Shown one piece after another: positions 1 through 9,963 of a DNA stretch of 64,000 nucleotides. The position numbers and the translations under genes are program-made. The DNA comes from an uncultured Gammaproteobacteria bacterium. GTDB lineage: Bacteria; Patescibacteriota; Microgenomatia; UBA10105; UBA927. Below the pieces are notes generated by a model. It was not told where the DNA came from. It saw only the letters and a list, made by a program, of their open reading frames with translations, and did not search any database. Where the stretch lies: positions 319,796 to 383,795 of the forward strand of contig CAZVTT010000001.1 in NCBI GenBank assembly GCA_964629685.1, given 5' to 3'. How positions within the stretch are numbered: the stretch's first letter is position 1; the number at the start of each line of letters is the position of its first letter.

Positions 1-2
1 AA

Positions 3-230
3 CCGGGTTGGCAAGGGATAAGGGAGCATAAGGAGTATTATGAAGAACACAAAACCGATTCGGATAGGATTATAGAAATTATAGACGAACGGATACGTAA
101 CATAACTGCCGTCGTAAAGCGCATGAAAGCAAACCAATGGCTTTCGGATGCTGAAAGACAATATACGGAAAGAGATCAGGGTTTATCAGAGGAGCAGTTA
201 AGGTTAGCGGATAAGTTAAATTCACAATAA
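3..230 (+). CDS. 3' end of a CDS that starts before the window (76 codons, no similarity recognised)
   Basis: Open frame 3 runs from the window edge to TAA at 228-230 with no stops. The product is charged and helical-looking (…ERIRNITAVVKRMKANQWLSDAERQYTERDQGLSEEQLRLADKLNSQ). No motif recognised. Confidence 0.25.
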   Translation, partial: PGWQGIREHKEYYEEHKTDSDRIIEIIDERIRNITAVVKRMKANQWLSDAERQYTERDQGLSEEQLRLADKLNSQ

Positions 231-241
231 CAGCGAGATCA

Positions 242-820
242 TTATTCCGTTTTATATTCCGGTTTTACATATGTACGGAAATCGGTAAGCAACTTGCTGA
301 TTTTTGGATCAATGACGATCTGGCAATACCCCTGGTAAGAATTCTTGGCGTAATAGTCTGCATGATATGATTCTGCCGGAAAAAATTTTGTGGCGGGAAG
401 AATTTCCGTAACAATAGATGTTCCGATTTTTTGGGATTCACTTTCCTTTGATTGTTCTGCTAGTTGCTTTTGCATCGGTGTATGGAAAAAAATTACAGAT
501 CTATATTGGGTTCCTGAGTCTGCTCCTTGTCTGTCTTTACTTGTCGGATCGTGAACGTGCCAAAATATTTCAAGTAGCTGATTAAAGGAAATAAGGGCAG
601 TATCATAAATCATTTCTATTGCTTCGACATGTCCGGTTTTTCCTGAACAGACATCATCATATGTGGGGTTATCTTTCGTACCGCCGATATACCCAGGAGT
701 TACGGATATTACTCCGATTACCCGTTTAAAGATTGCTTCCGTGCACCAAAAACAGCCACCAGCGAATGTTGCTTTTTCCGTACTATCCGTGATTTTGTCC
801 ATATGTCTTGAATTATGCAT
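242..820 (-). CDS. msrA: peptide methionine sulfoxide reductase MsrA
   Basis: 192 aa with the MsrA active-site motif GGCFWC and conserved downstream blocks (HDPT, YHxxYY). Confidence 0.9.
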   Translation of the reverse strand: MHNSRHMDKITDSTEKATFAGGCFWCTEAIFKRVIGVISVTPGYIGGTKDNPTYDDVCSGKTGHVEAIEMIYDTALISFNQLLEIFWHVHDPTSKDRQGADSGTQYRSVIFFHTPMQKQLAEQSKESESQKIGTSIVTEILPATKFFPAESYHADYYAKNSYQGYCQIVIDPKISKLLTDFRTYVKPEYKTE

Positions 821-1052
821 TTTTTGTGTATGGCTCGTCTAGTAGCGCTGTTTCTGTGCCTTTTTATTGTAATTACCTTATCTGACTGGTATACTAGAAG
901 ATATTGTTTAACGATTTAAAGTCGTTCCTCTGCTTCAGTGTGACTGTCCGAATAAAGCGGATTGTATGAGATAAATTTTTCTTATCGCATAGGGAAGCAG
1001 CTAAACACCTTTAAGTGAGAGTATCCCATGACGAAAGGAGGCGAAGAAAAGT

Positions 1053-1403
1053 ATGGCTAAAAGACTATTTGTAGGAAATCTTTCCTATAACACCGCACAG
1101 GATGCACTTGAACAGGCATTCGGACAAGTTGGACCAGTTGCGTCAGTAACAATGGTGACGGATAAATATTCCGGACAAAGCAAAGGATTTGCGTTTGTCG
1201 AAATGACAACTGATGCCGATGCACAATCAGCAATCCAGACATTGAACGGAACGACATTAGACGGTCGACAGATCGTTGTAAATGAAGCACGACCGCGTGA
1301 AGAACGGTCAGATCGGTTTTCAGGAGGTCCGGGAAGAGGCGGAAATCGGGATTTTGACCGACGCGGTGGCGGCGGTTTCTCCCGTTCACCTCGACGACGG
1401 TAA
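1053..1403 (+). CDS. RRM-type RNA-binding protein with Gly/Arg-rich tail
   Basis: RNP-2 (LFVGNL) and RNP-1 (KGFAFVEM) motifs. C-terminal RGG/GR-rich tail. RBS AAAGGAGG lies 9 nt upstream. Confidence 0.85.
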   Translation: MAKRLFVGNLSYNTAQDALEQAFGQVGPVASVTMVTDKYSGQSKGFAFVEMTTDADAQSAIQTLNGTTLDGRQIVVNEARPREERSDRFSGGPGRGGNRDFDRRGGGGFSRSPRRR

Positions 1404-1417
1404 AGAGAAAGGGGCTC

Positions 1418-1654
1418 ATGGCTAATCAAGATACGACATACCCGTGTATTCGTTGCGGTAAAGCGCGCGTAGTTGCACGGAAATGGGAAGAACAGGTAAA
1501 AACACTAACAGGGTTCACCGTTATTATACGGACGGAGACTGTGTGTCCTGATCCGGAATGTCAGCGTGCGTTAGAAGTGACGCTTGCTGATCAGGAACGG
1601 AAAAGGGTGGAGCACCAACGTGGACACAAACACAAAGGTGCGTCTGTAAAATAA
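1418..1654 (+). CDS. small zinc-ribbon protein (two CxxC pairs), hypothetical
   Basis: 78 aa with CIRCG…CPDPEC. It starts 15 nt after the RRM gene on the same strand. Confidence 0.4.
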   Translation: MANQDTTYPCIRCGKARVVARKWEEQVKTLTGFTVIIRTETVCPDPECQRALEVTLADQERKRVEHQRGHKHKGASVK

Positions 1655-1717
1655 CGTTGGCGTTTAGGGTGATACTAATACTATTCAATTCCCGATTCGC
1701 AAAGAGCGTATTTTCTC

Positions 1718-3286
1718 ATGAAAAAAGTCATTTCTTACTGGTACCTGGTCCCCTTTTTCTTAACCGTTCTCGGTATCCTTGATGCAGGTTATTTAACTTG
1801 GGAACATTTCAACAACGTTATTCCTCCCTGTTCAGTTCATATACTATTCGCCGACTGCGGACGCGTACTTACCAGTCCATATTCCATTCTCTTCGGAATC
1901 CCTTTGGCGCTTATCGGGTTAATTCACTATATGCTTGAGGCCGTAACGGCTGCAGTTGTAATTTTAACCGGGAATAAGTGGGCAAAGCGCATCTTAGTAC
2001 TGTTAGTTACCGGCGGATTACTGGCTTCCATGTATTTTGTATACATTATGTTGGGTATTATCGGAGCGATTTGCCTTTATTGTATGGGTTCCGCAATTAT
2101 AAGTTTCCTCCTCTTTGGATTTGTGCATTGGTTAATGCCAAATGAGCGGGTTTATTGGGTAGTATCCATCGGCGGACGGTTATACCGTAATGGAATTAAG
2201 CAAATATTTTTTCGATTCGAACCGGAGAAGATACATGTTTTTATGGTTGCTACAGGAGAGATTCTGGGAGCGAACCCACTGACACGGTGGCTTACTGGGT
2301 TTTTTCTCCATGTTAAGGATACAACTCTATCACAGACGACAAACGGTATATATTTTGAGAATCCTGTTGGGTTGGCAGCGGGATTTGATTATGAAGCTCA
2401 GCTGAGTCAAGTATTGGACCGTATATCCTTCGGGTTTCAAAGTGTGGGTACGATTACGCTAGGATCCTATGGCGGTAATCCCCGTCCCATGCTTGGACGT
2501 TTGCCTAAATCGAAATCGTTAATGGTAAATAAAGGTTTCAAAAATTTAGGGGTAAATGAGACGATCAAACGGTTGCAGAATAAATTATTCCGAATTCCGC
2601 TAGGAGTGAGTATCGGCCGTACCAACGGACGGGATATGTCACAAAAGGAAAGTATTCAGGATATCGTAAATTCATTTGAAGCGTTCGAATCAGCGTCAGT
2701 ATCACACGCGTATTATGAACTAAATATAAGTTGTCCTAACCTGTTGGGTTCCGTTTCATTTTATTCTCCGAAAGATCTGAACGAATTGCTGCAGGCAATT
2801 TCAAGATTAAAGATCATCAAGCCTGTATTCGTAAAGATGCCAATCGACAAAACGGATAAAGAAATATTGGCTATGATGCAGATCATAGCAAAATACGATT
2901 GGATAAAAGGACTTATTTTCGGAAATTTACAGAAAAACCGTAAAGATCCGGCTTTGGATTCCGGTGAAGTTGCGAAATTCCCGGTTGGTAATTTTAGCGG
3001 TAAGCCAACGTACCAACGGTCCAACGAGCTTATTACATTAGCCTACGAACACTATGCGGAACGATTTACTATTATTGGCTGTGGGGGAATTTTTACCGCT
3101 GAGGATGCTTACGAAAAAATCAAAAGAGGTGCATCGCTGGTGCAATTAATCACTGGTATGATTTTTAGGGGACCGCAGGTGATAGCAGATATAAATATCG
3201 GATTACGTGATTTATTGGATAAGGATGGGTACCATTCGTTATCTCAGGCTATTGGTGTATCTACAAAGAAGAAAATTAAAAACTAA
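1718..3286 (+). CDS. pyrD: fusion protein: N-terminal VKOR (vitamin K epoxide reductase-family) membrane domain plus dihydroorotate dehydrogenase (class-2-like, quinone-type) domain
   Basis: The N-terminal ~140 aa have 4 TM helices, a loop Cys pair C-x8-C-GRVLTS (human VKORC1 has C43-x7-C51-SRVFSS) and a TM CLYC motif (VKOR has CIVC). Residues ~150-522 are DHODH: quinone-tunnel helices FFRFEPEKIHVF, NPVGLAAGFD, KGFKNLGV, NISCPN and GCGGI…GASLVQLITG. Confidence 0.8.
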   Translation: MKKVISYWYLVPFFLTVLGILDAGYLTWEHFNNVIPPCSVHILFADCGRVLTSPYSILFGIPLALIGLIHYMLEAVTAAVVILTGNKWAKRILVLLVTGGLLASMYFVYIMLGIIGAICLYCMGSAIISFLLFGFVHWLMPNERVYWVVSIGGRLYRNGIKQIFFRFEPEKIHVFMVATGEILGANPLTRWLTGFFLHVKDTTLSQTTNGIYFENPVGLAAGFDYEAQLSQVLDRISFGFQSVGTITLGSYGGNPRPMLGRLPKSKSLMVNKGFKNLGVNETIKRLQNKLFRIPLGVSIGRTNGRDMSQKESIQDIVNSFEAFESASVSHAYYELNISCPNLLGSVSFYSPKDLNELLQAISRLKIIKPVFVKMPIDKTDKEILAMMQIIAKYDWIKGLIFGNLQKNRKDPALDSGEVAKFPVGNFSGKPTYQRSNELITLAYEHYAERFTIIGCGGIFTAEDAYEKIKRGASLVQLITGMIFRGPQVIADINIGLRDLLDKDGYHSLSQAIGVSTKKKIKN

Positions 3287-3302
3287 ACCTCCGGAAACGC
3301 CA

Positions 3303-4199
3303 TTATAGTCCGTAAAATTCCAATCGTTCTTTTCCGATCCGTATCCGTGGTAAGGCAAGCCTTTGCCGTTTACATAAGATGCTGCCTGGTTGCGTGGAAA
3401 AGGCGAGTGTATAGTGATGAGTATTTAAATACTCAACGGCAGAATGGTTCATACTGCCATAGGGATAAGCAAATACTTTTTGTGAGTTTAAGTTGTTTTG
3501 TTCCAGATGAAGTTCTGCAGTACTAATTTCTTGAGCAATCGTTACGGGCGTACTGGCCACGGATTTATGTGACCAAGTGTGATTGGCAATATAAAAGACA
3601 GTACTATCTGCGAGTTCATGAATATTTTGCCATGTAAGGTATCCCGGATTCTGCAGTAGTCCTGTCGGAATAAACGCTGTAGCGTTAAAGCCAAATTCCT
3701 TTAATATTGGATATCCGTATATGTACAAATCTTCATACCCGTCGTCAAACGTAATTAGTATACTTTTCCGTGGCAGGGGAATAGATTTGTCAAAAAAATC
3801 ATTCAGCTGCGTTATTGAAACTGGTACGTAGCCTTCCTGTTTAAGGTATTCCATCTGTTGTCTGAATATTTCCGGCGAGACTGACAATCCGGAAAATCCC
3901 TGTTCCTTTGCGACGGCTTCCGTTTCGATATGGTGGTACATTAACGCCGGAGTTCTAGTGCAGGGACCATACTGTGTATTCTGTTCCTCAAATGTTAAGG
4001 TTTTTTTAGGAGAAACGACTCCTTGTCCGGCTGTCGGAATTGGTTTGAATGGTGAAGTGGAAACCAGTCCCGCGGTATGCGCTGCTTCCTTTACGGATAA
4101 AGAATTTGGTATGAGAGCAGTACACAATATGGCAGCCGAAAGAATCAGAATATATGGAAAGTGAGTATGAAATAATTTTCGTTTAGTGTACCCTTGCAT
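3303..4199 (-). CDS. polysaccharide deacetylase (NodB-homology/CE4) with N-terminal membrane anchor
   Basis: NodB motif 1 ILITFDDGYED; His-containing motif NHTWSH; N-terminal hydrophobic segment. Confidence 0.75.
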   Translation of the reverse strand: MQGYTKRKLFHTHFPYILILSAAILCTALIPNSLSVKEAAHTAGLVSTSPFKPIPTAGQGVVSPKKTLTFEEQNTQYGPCTRTPALMYHHIETEAVAKEQGFSGLSVSPEIFRQQMEYLKQEGYVPVSITQLNDFFDKSIPLPRKSILITFDDGYEDLYIYGYPILKEFGFNATAFIPTGLLQNPGYLTWQNIHELADSTVFYIANHTWSHKSVASTPVTIAQEISTAELHLEQNNLNSQKVFAYPYGSMNHSAVEYLNTHHYTLAFSTQPGSILCKRQRLALPRIRIGKERLEFYGL

Positions 4200-4239
4200 A
4201 GGTTCCGTATTTTCGCTGATACGGACTACTTTCGCAAGT

Positions 4240-6780
4240 TTATCTAGATTTTAATGAAGTAAAAAAATATCGTTTAACAACCTCGACGCAGCAAAGATAC
4301 GTTATTACTATTCCGATTAGTGTTGTAAACACTAGGGGTGTTAACGGTGTAAATCCAAAAAGTTTCCCCAGTCCGGTAAACGGCAATAACCAACCAACCG
4401 CAACAGCAACAATTGTTGAAAAAAAGAGCGTCGGTTCGGGTGCGCTCTGTATAAACGGAATTTTTTTAGTTCGGATTATATATATAACCAGTGTTTGTGT
4501 CGCAAGTGATTCTAAAAACCAACCTGTTTGGAAACCGGATTGTGATAGGTGAAAAAGGCGATAGAGTACGAAAAATGTTATAAAGTCAAAGACTGAGCTT
4601 ATGCTACCGAATACGATCATAAAATTGCGGAGGAATGGCATATTCCATCGTCTGGGTTGGTTTATGTCTTCCGCATCAACCGTGTCTCCGGGAATAGTAA
4701 TTTGTGAAATATCGTAGAGCAAATTGTTTAGTAAGATCTGCATCGGCAACATGGGGAGAAAAGGTAAAAAAAGTACAGCTCCCAGCACACTGAACATATT
4801 CCCGAAATTAGAACTTACACCCATCATGGTATATTTCAACGTGTTTGCAAACGTTTTTCTTCCTGAAATAATTCCGTCTTTTAATACCGCTAAACTTTTA
4901 TTAGTAAGTATCATGTCTGCGGATTCTTTGGCTACATCTACTGCGTTTTCTACGGAAAGTCCGACATCCGCATTCTGTAATGAAGCTGCGTCATTTATAC
5001 CGTCACCCAAATATCCCACAACATGACCATTCATTTTTAGAGCACTAATAACTCTGTTTTTCTCGTCCGGAGCAAATCTCGCAAAGAGAGTAGTTTTCTC
5101 CACTACGATCCGTAATGCATCGTCAGTTAAATGATCAAGCTCGTGACCAAGAAGTGTTCCCTTAACAGGCAACCCTACTTCCCTGCAGATTTTTTCCGCA
5201 ACCAGCTCGTTGTCTCCCGTGATGACTTTCACGGTAACTCCCATAGTGTTTAGCTGCTGTATTACTTTTGAAACATCTGGTTTTGGCGGGTCCAGAAACG
5301 CAATAAATCCCAGCAGTTCCATCGCGTGCTCGTCTTTTACCGAGTATATATCCGTATGTGAACTAATAGGCTTACGTGCGACCGCTAATACCCGGAATCC
5401 ATCCGCACTCAGCTGTTGATACTGCTTTGTAGCTTTTTCTCTGATTTCTGAGGTAAATGGGTGAATATGATTTTCACGCATAACCTGTGTGCTACATCTG
5501 AATATTTCTTCCGGTGCGCCTTTGGTAATGAGGAAGCGCTGGTTGTGCTTTTCTGCGACGACACTCATTCGTTTTCTGACAAAGTCGAAGGGAATTTCGT
5601 CTATTTTCGTGTAACCATGATTAGGTACCTTCTTGTACGAAATTACGGCTTCGTCCATGGGATTTTTGATTCCGGATTGATAGCAACTATTTATATACGT
5701 ATGGATAAAAACAGTCTCGGAATGTTTCCCGAACATGTCAGTGTATTTTACAAGTTCAATGTGGTCCTTTGTGAGAGTTCCGGTTTTATCGGTACATAAT
5801 ATATCCATACTTCCTAAATTGGGTATGGATGTTAACTTTTTTACGATTACACCATGCTTTGCCATATTTACACTACCGCGAGACATGGTAACGGATAGGA
5901 TCATTGGTAATAATTCCGGCGTAAGTCCGACTGCAATTGCGACGGCAAAAGTAAATGATGTGAATAGATCAGTTTGCTTAAAAACGGTATTAAATAAAAA
6001 CACGAATAAAACAAAAAATATCGTGGTCCGTAGTATTAGAAAACTGAATTGTTTTATTCCTTTGGTAAATTCGCCTTCGATAGGTGTAGATTCAATTTGT
6101 TCAGCGATTTTTCCGAATTCAGTACGTTTCCCGGTATTGATTACGAGTCCTTTTGCCGTACCCGTAATAACACTGCTTCCCGACAATCCAATATTATGTA
6201 AATCTGGTAATCCGGATTGAACTGTGATTGCCTTTTCGTGTTTTTCCACAGGAAATGATTCACCAGTAAGTGCTGATTGATTAACGAAAAAATCTTTAGC
6301 TGTAAGAATTCGAATATCTGCCGGAATAAGTTCTCCTGAATGAAGTGAAACAATATCACCCGGAACCAGCTCCGTACTGGCAATTTCATGCTCTACTCCG
6401 TTACGGATAACAGACGTTTTAAAAGCGACTCTTTCTTTTAATTTCGCTGCTGCCCTGTCTGCTTTGAATTCTTGGGTAAAGTTTAATACGGCACTTACTG
6501 CGACTATTGCGAGAATTATTGTTCCGTCAACCGGTTGGTTTACGGTAAATGAAAGTGCAGCCGCAACAATAAGAGTGAGAACAAGTGGATTTTTAAATGT
6601 ACCGAGGAATTCCAGTAGAATATGTTTTTTTTTCTGTTCGGTAAGTTCGTTCTTACCCCAGAGTTTTTGCCTTTTTAACACTTCCGACTCCGAAAGTCCG
6701 TTTATATTCGAGGTAAGATTCCTTACTGCGGTATTGCAATCTACGCCGGAAATAGCTGAAAGTGATGGGGCGGTCATCAT
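4240..6780 (-). CDS. P-type cation-transporting ATPase (MgtA/Ca2+-type, P2/P3 family)
   Basis: 846 aa with the phosphorylation motif CTDKTGTLT, hinge GDGINDAASL, TGES-like TGESFPVEK, and 10 predicted TM helices. Confidence 0.85.
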   Translation of the reverse strand: MMTAPSLSAISGVDCNTAVRNLTSNINGLSESEVLKRQKLWGKNELTEQKKKHILLEFLGTFKNPLVLTLIVAAALSFTVNQPVDGTIILAIVAVSAVLNFTQEFKADRAAAKLKERVAFKTSVIRNGVEHEIASTELVPGDIVSLHSGELIPADIRILTAKDFFVNQSALTGESFPVEKHEKAITVQSGLPDLHNIGLSGSSVITGTAKGLVINTGKRTEFGKIAEQIESTPIEGEFTKGIKQFSFLILRTTIFFVLFVFLFNTVFKQTDLFTSFTFAVAIAVGLTPELLPMILSVTMSRGSVNMAKHGVIVKKLTSIPNLGSMDILCTDKTGTLTKDHIELVKYTDMFGKHSETVFIHTYINSCYQSGIKNPMDEAVISYKKVPNHGYTKIDEIPFDFVRKRMSVVAEKHNQRFLITKGAPEEIFRCSTQVMRENHIHPFTSEIREKATKQYQQLSADGFRVLAVARKPISSHTDIYSVKDEHAMELLGFIAFLDPPKPDVSKVIQQLNTMGVTVKVITGDNELVAEKICREVGLPVKGTLLGHELDHLTDDALRIVVEKTTLFARFAPDEKNRVISALKMNGHVVGYLGDGINDAASLQNADVGLSVENAVDVAKESADMILTNKSLAVLKDGIISGRKTFANTLKYTMMGVSSNFGNMFSVLGAVLFLPFLPMLPMQILLNNLLYDISQITIPGDTVDAEDINQPRRWNMPFLRNFMIVFGSISSVFDFITFFVLYRLFHLSQSGFQTGWFLESLATQTLVIYIIRTKKIPFIQSAPEPTLFFSTIVAVAVGWLLPFTGLGKLFGFTPLTPLVFTTLIGIVITYLCCVEVVKRYFFTSLKSR

Positions 6781-6861
6781 GTATTAAGTATACGCTTTTA
6801 TTGCATACGTAAAAATAACGTTAATCTTAAGCTTATTTGGCAGATAGAAATAAATGTGGAT

Positions 6862-7449
6862 TTATTTTTTCTGAAATACCGAGATTAAATCGTGTTGTTC
6901 ATTCTCCGACAGCCGAAATCCCGGAGTTAATACTTTCCGACGTGTTGTGACGTCATGTAAAACGATGCCTGCCGTAACAGAAACATTGATACTTTGAACG
7001 AACCCATACATGGGAATTTGGACAAGCATATCTGCCTTTTGTTTCATTGTCTCAGATATGCCGTTATGTTCATTTCCAAACACTAAAGCTATTTTGTTCG
7101 CATCAACAGGAACATGGTCTAACGTTACTGCTGAAGGAGAAAGCGCCGTAGCACAAATCAGGTACTGCTCTTTTTTGAGTTCTTTCAGGCAGTCTTCCGT
7201 TGAAGTAAATATATGAAACGTGAGCCATTTGTTTGCCGATGAGGATGAGGCTTTCCCTATATTTCTGGGATTGTATTCAACCTCCTGGTCAAAGATAAAA
7301 AAAACGTGTTGGATACCGAAAGCGTCGCAGGTACGAAGAATGGCCATGGCGTTGTGAGGATCGTGTATATCTTCAAGCACGACAATTAAACCGGCTTGTC
7401 TGGCGGCGGCTATCTTGGTGAATAGTTCAGTTCTGCTGGTGGAAGTCAT
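6862..7449 (-). CDS. SpoU/TrmH-family RNA 2'-O-methyltransferase
   Basis: 195 aa with SPOUT motifs (LVFGNEHNGIS; C-terminal VSVTAGI block). Confidence 0.8.
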   Translation of the reverse strand: MTSTSRTELFTKIAAARQAGLIVVLEDIHDPHNAMAILRTCDAFGIQHVFFIFDQEVEYNPRNIGKASSSSANKWLTFHIFTSTEDCLKELKKEQYLICATALSPSAVTLDHVPVDANKIALVFGNEHNGISETMKQKADMLVQIPMYGFVQSINVSVTAGIVLHDVTTRRKVLTPGFRLSENEQHDLISVFQKK

Positions 7450-7575
7450 AAACTAAGTATTCAGATACAACGAACATACAGCAATGATGTGTAACATGCA
7501 ACGAAGGTATTAAGATGTACTTTCGGTTGTTTGGTGGATACGTATATAATGAAACCATAAAGAAAAGGAGATCCC

Positions 7576-7830
7576 ATGACAAAACAAAAGGCAAAAGTAG
7601 AATCGTTTACGGTAAATGGTGAAGAATTATTGCGGAAAGTGAAAGAATTAATTCACGAGGGCAATGTCCGAAAAATAACTATCCGTGATAAAGACGGTAA
7701 AACGTTGGTAGTATTGCCCCTGACTGTCGGTGTGGCAGCTGCAGTACTTGCTCCGGTACTGGCCGCTGTCGGCGCGATTGCCGCATTGGTTACTGAATGT
7801 ACGGTTAGTGTGGAACGGGGAGAGCATTAA
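7576..7830 (+). CDS. DUF4342-like small protein
   Basis: 84 aa. An N-terminal charged helix followed by a Gly/Ala/Val-rich hydrophobic segment fits the DUF4342 architecture. Confidence 0.45.
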   Translation: MTKQKAKVESFTVNGEELLRKVKELIHEGNVRKITIRDKDGKTLVVLPLTVGVAAAVLAPVLAAVGAIAALVTECTVSVERGEH

Positions 7831-8147
7831 CCTATCTGTTCTATACGTACGACATCAATTGCCGGTTCTTCATACGGATGCACGTCCCGTATAGCGGTGA
7901 GTACTGCCGGAAGAGGTTCCGGGGGGCATATCATTTCGATTTTTACTTCTTCTTGTTGCGTTAGTGTCCCAATTTCACCGATTGCAGGATGAGACCCAGC
8001 TTGTGCAAACCATTGTCCGATTCCTTTTCCGATAAAGGCGCATTGACTATATCTGCCTACGGTACCTGCTCCGTTTGTAGTAGCAACCCGGATTATTCGC
8101 TGTATAAGCAACGGGTCATCCGGACAATAAATATGGAGCTTATACAT
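7827..8147 (-). CDS. hypothetical small protein (PII/Nif3-insert-like fold suspected)
   Basis: 106 aa, convergent with the previous gene. Family not recognised confidently. Confidence 0.35.
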   Translation of the reverse strand: MYKLHIYCPDDPLLIQRIIRVATTNGAGTVGRYSQCAFIGKGIGQWFAQAGSHPAIGEIGTLTQQEEVKIEMICPPEPLPAVLTAIRDVHPYEEPAIDVVRIEQIG

Positions 8148-8215
8148 ACCGGAAGTATATCATTCCGATAGTGTGGTGGCTATAACAAGCATAGGGATTT
8201 TTATAATAACTGAGC

Positions 8216-8410
8216 TCAACGGGTGTTTCTGATTTTCGCAGAAATAAAATCTTCGTATGAAGCTGTTGGAACTGCAGATTTATAGGTAACCCATTCATCA
8301 TCGATTTTGGTTGATGATATGGCATGTCGGGGAATATATGGACAATTTGAGCAACCATTCCCACAGCATGTTTTTTGTTTGAGTAACGCGTCAACCGGCA
8401 TGGGTTCCAT
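8216..8410 (-). CDS. small Cys-motif protein (CCGNGCSNC; Oxidored-like N-terminal-type motif)
   Basis: 64 aa with a CCG-x-GC-x-NC cluster near the N-terminus. Confidence 0.35.
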   Translation of the reverse strand: MEPMPVDALLKQKTCCGNGCSNCPYIPRHAISSTKIDDEWVTYKSAVPTASYEDFISAKIRNTR

Positions 8411-8455
8411 ATCCTGGTAGTATTGTTTGTTATATGGGTTTGGTCAATAGCAGGA

Positions 8456-9952
8456 CTATTTGGTTAACTGACGCTGTATCTGCTCGAAAGCTTGATTAGG
8501 ATTTTTTATTCCCAATGCTACATCCTGAAAGAATGATGTGAGACTGGAAGCAAAATGAATATTTGATTCACCAATTATAAAACTGTAGCTTGGATAGAGT
8601 CGGAGTGATGTTCCGTATCTTTTGGATAGTTCAAAATTAAATTTACCGAATTGATTTGAAAGAGAGAGTAGGTTTTCAGGTGCAGATGTCTTTTGCATGG
8701 TAGCGGTTTGAGTATATCTAAACCATTCATGCTGAGCCTCTTCAGAGGTATACTGCATAAGAAGTTGAACGGCAAGATCTTTATGTGGACTGTTTTTAAA
8801 CACTGCCCAAGCAGGTTGATACGTACCGGAGTATACGGATGAGGCAGTGTTCATTGATGGCAATTGGACCGGCATAATTTTGGTAAGCGATTCCGAATCA
8901 ATGCTTTGCCAGTGGTTATAGAGACTTGCAGGACCAGCAGCAAACACTATTTCGTTGTTTAGAAACCGGGAATGAATATCATCTGATCTTTGGGATTGCC
9001 AGTCGGGAAGATAGAGATCGGATGCAAATGGAGCCAGGCGAGCGACTTGATTAAACGTATTTCGTAATACAGCTAATTTTGTAGGTGTTACGCTGGAATT
9101 TTCAAGTTCGTCCGGATCAAGCTGAGACAATAATAACTGATGAATAATAGGATCAAGTGCGACACTGTTAAGACTGCCACCCAAAACAGCAATATGTGTT
9201 TTATATTCTTTATTGTAGCGGGACACTGCCTGGACGAAGTCGATAAAATCATCCCACGTTAAGTCGTATGTCGGAATATCGATTCCTATTAACCCTGCGA
9301 TAGTACTGTTGACATATAACGTTTGTATTTCATTTCCGACAAATGGACCGACGAAAATATTTCCCGTATGTTTTCGAAACCAATCATCCTGTAGAAGTTC
9401 TGGTGTATGGCTTGAAGTGAAGCCGGCAATTGATGAAAAATCCACTAAATATTGTTGTCCCCAGTTCGGATCGTTTAGTTCTTCCGAGACATATCCGTAA
9501 ACGGTTGGGTTCATGATAATAATGTCAAAAGGTACTGCGTTACTGCGTATCGCATTTGCTATATATGTGGCCAGCTTTTTTGTATTACTTTCATGAATAA
9601 TTTCCCGGGGGAATTTCATGTCCACGTCAATGCCGGTTTTGCTGCTGTATGCTTGTATGAATTTACGCAGGAACGTTTCTTTCTCTCCTTCGCCATACCA
9701 GTCACCCATAATTCTAATAGTTTCCGATTTGGTACTGGCTTGCGTTCTGTCGGTAGCAGACAGGTTGGGATTACTGGGTGTAAGACCTAAAAAATACAGA
9801 CCCATACTAACCGCAACGAGTAAAACGAGAAGGCCGATTCCGAATTGAGATAAGAACGAAAAAGCGAGGTGTTTAAGGTTGTTACTTTTAGGTGAAACTA
9901 AGAGTAAAGGGGGATTGTGCTGTACCAATTCCGGCGATGCAACATCAATCAT
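8456..9952 (-). CDS. membrane-anchored extracellular solute-binding-like protein (putative glycan binding)
   Basis: N-terminal TM anchor then a ~430-aa domain with weak resemblance to family-1 ABC substrate-binding proteins. No permease or ATPase genes are adjacent. It sits next to the GH130 pair. Confidence 0.4.
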   Translation of the reverse strand: MIDVASPELVQHNPPLLLVSPKSNNLKHLAFSFLSQFGIGLLVLLVAVSMGLYFLGLTPSNPNLSATDRTQASTKSETIRIMGDWYGEGEKETFLRKFIQAYSSKTGIDVDMKFPREIIHESNTKKLATYIANAIRSNAVPFDIIIMNPTVYGYVSEELNDPNWGQQYLVDFSSIAGFTSSHTPELLQDDWFRKHTGNIFVGPFVGNEIQTLYVNSTIAGLIGIDIPTYDLTWDDFIDFVQAVSRYNKEYKTHIAVLGGSLNSVALDPIIHQLLLSQLDPDELENSSVTPTKLAVLRNTFNQVARLAPFASDLYLPDWQSQRSDDIHSRFLNNEIVFAAGPASLYNHWQSIDSESLTKIMPVQLPSMNTASSVYSGTYQPAWAVFKNSPHKDLAVQLLMQYTSEEAQHEWFRYTQTATMQKTSAPENLLSLSNQFGKFNFELSKRYGTSLRLYPSYSFIIGESNIHFASSLTSFFQDVALGIKNPNQAFEQIQRQLTK

Positions 9953-9963
9953 ATGCGATTCCG

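Noticed and set aside
4724-6787. Plus-strand ORFs (100-161 aa) inside the P-type ATPase gene
   Set aside because: They are embedded antisense to a strongly supported 846-aa ATPase; shadow ORFs.
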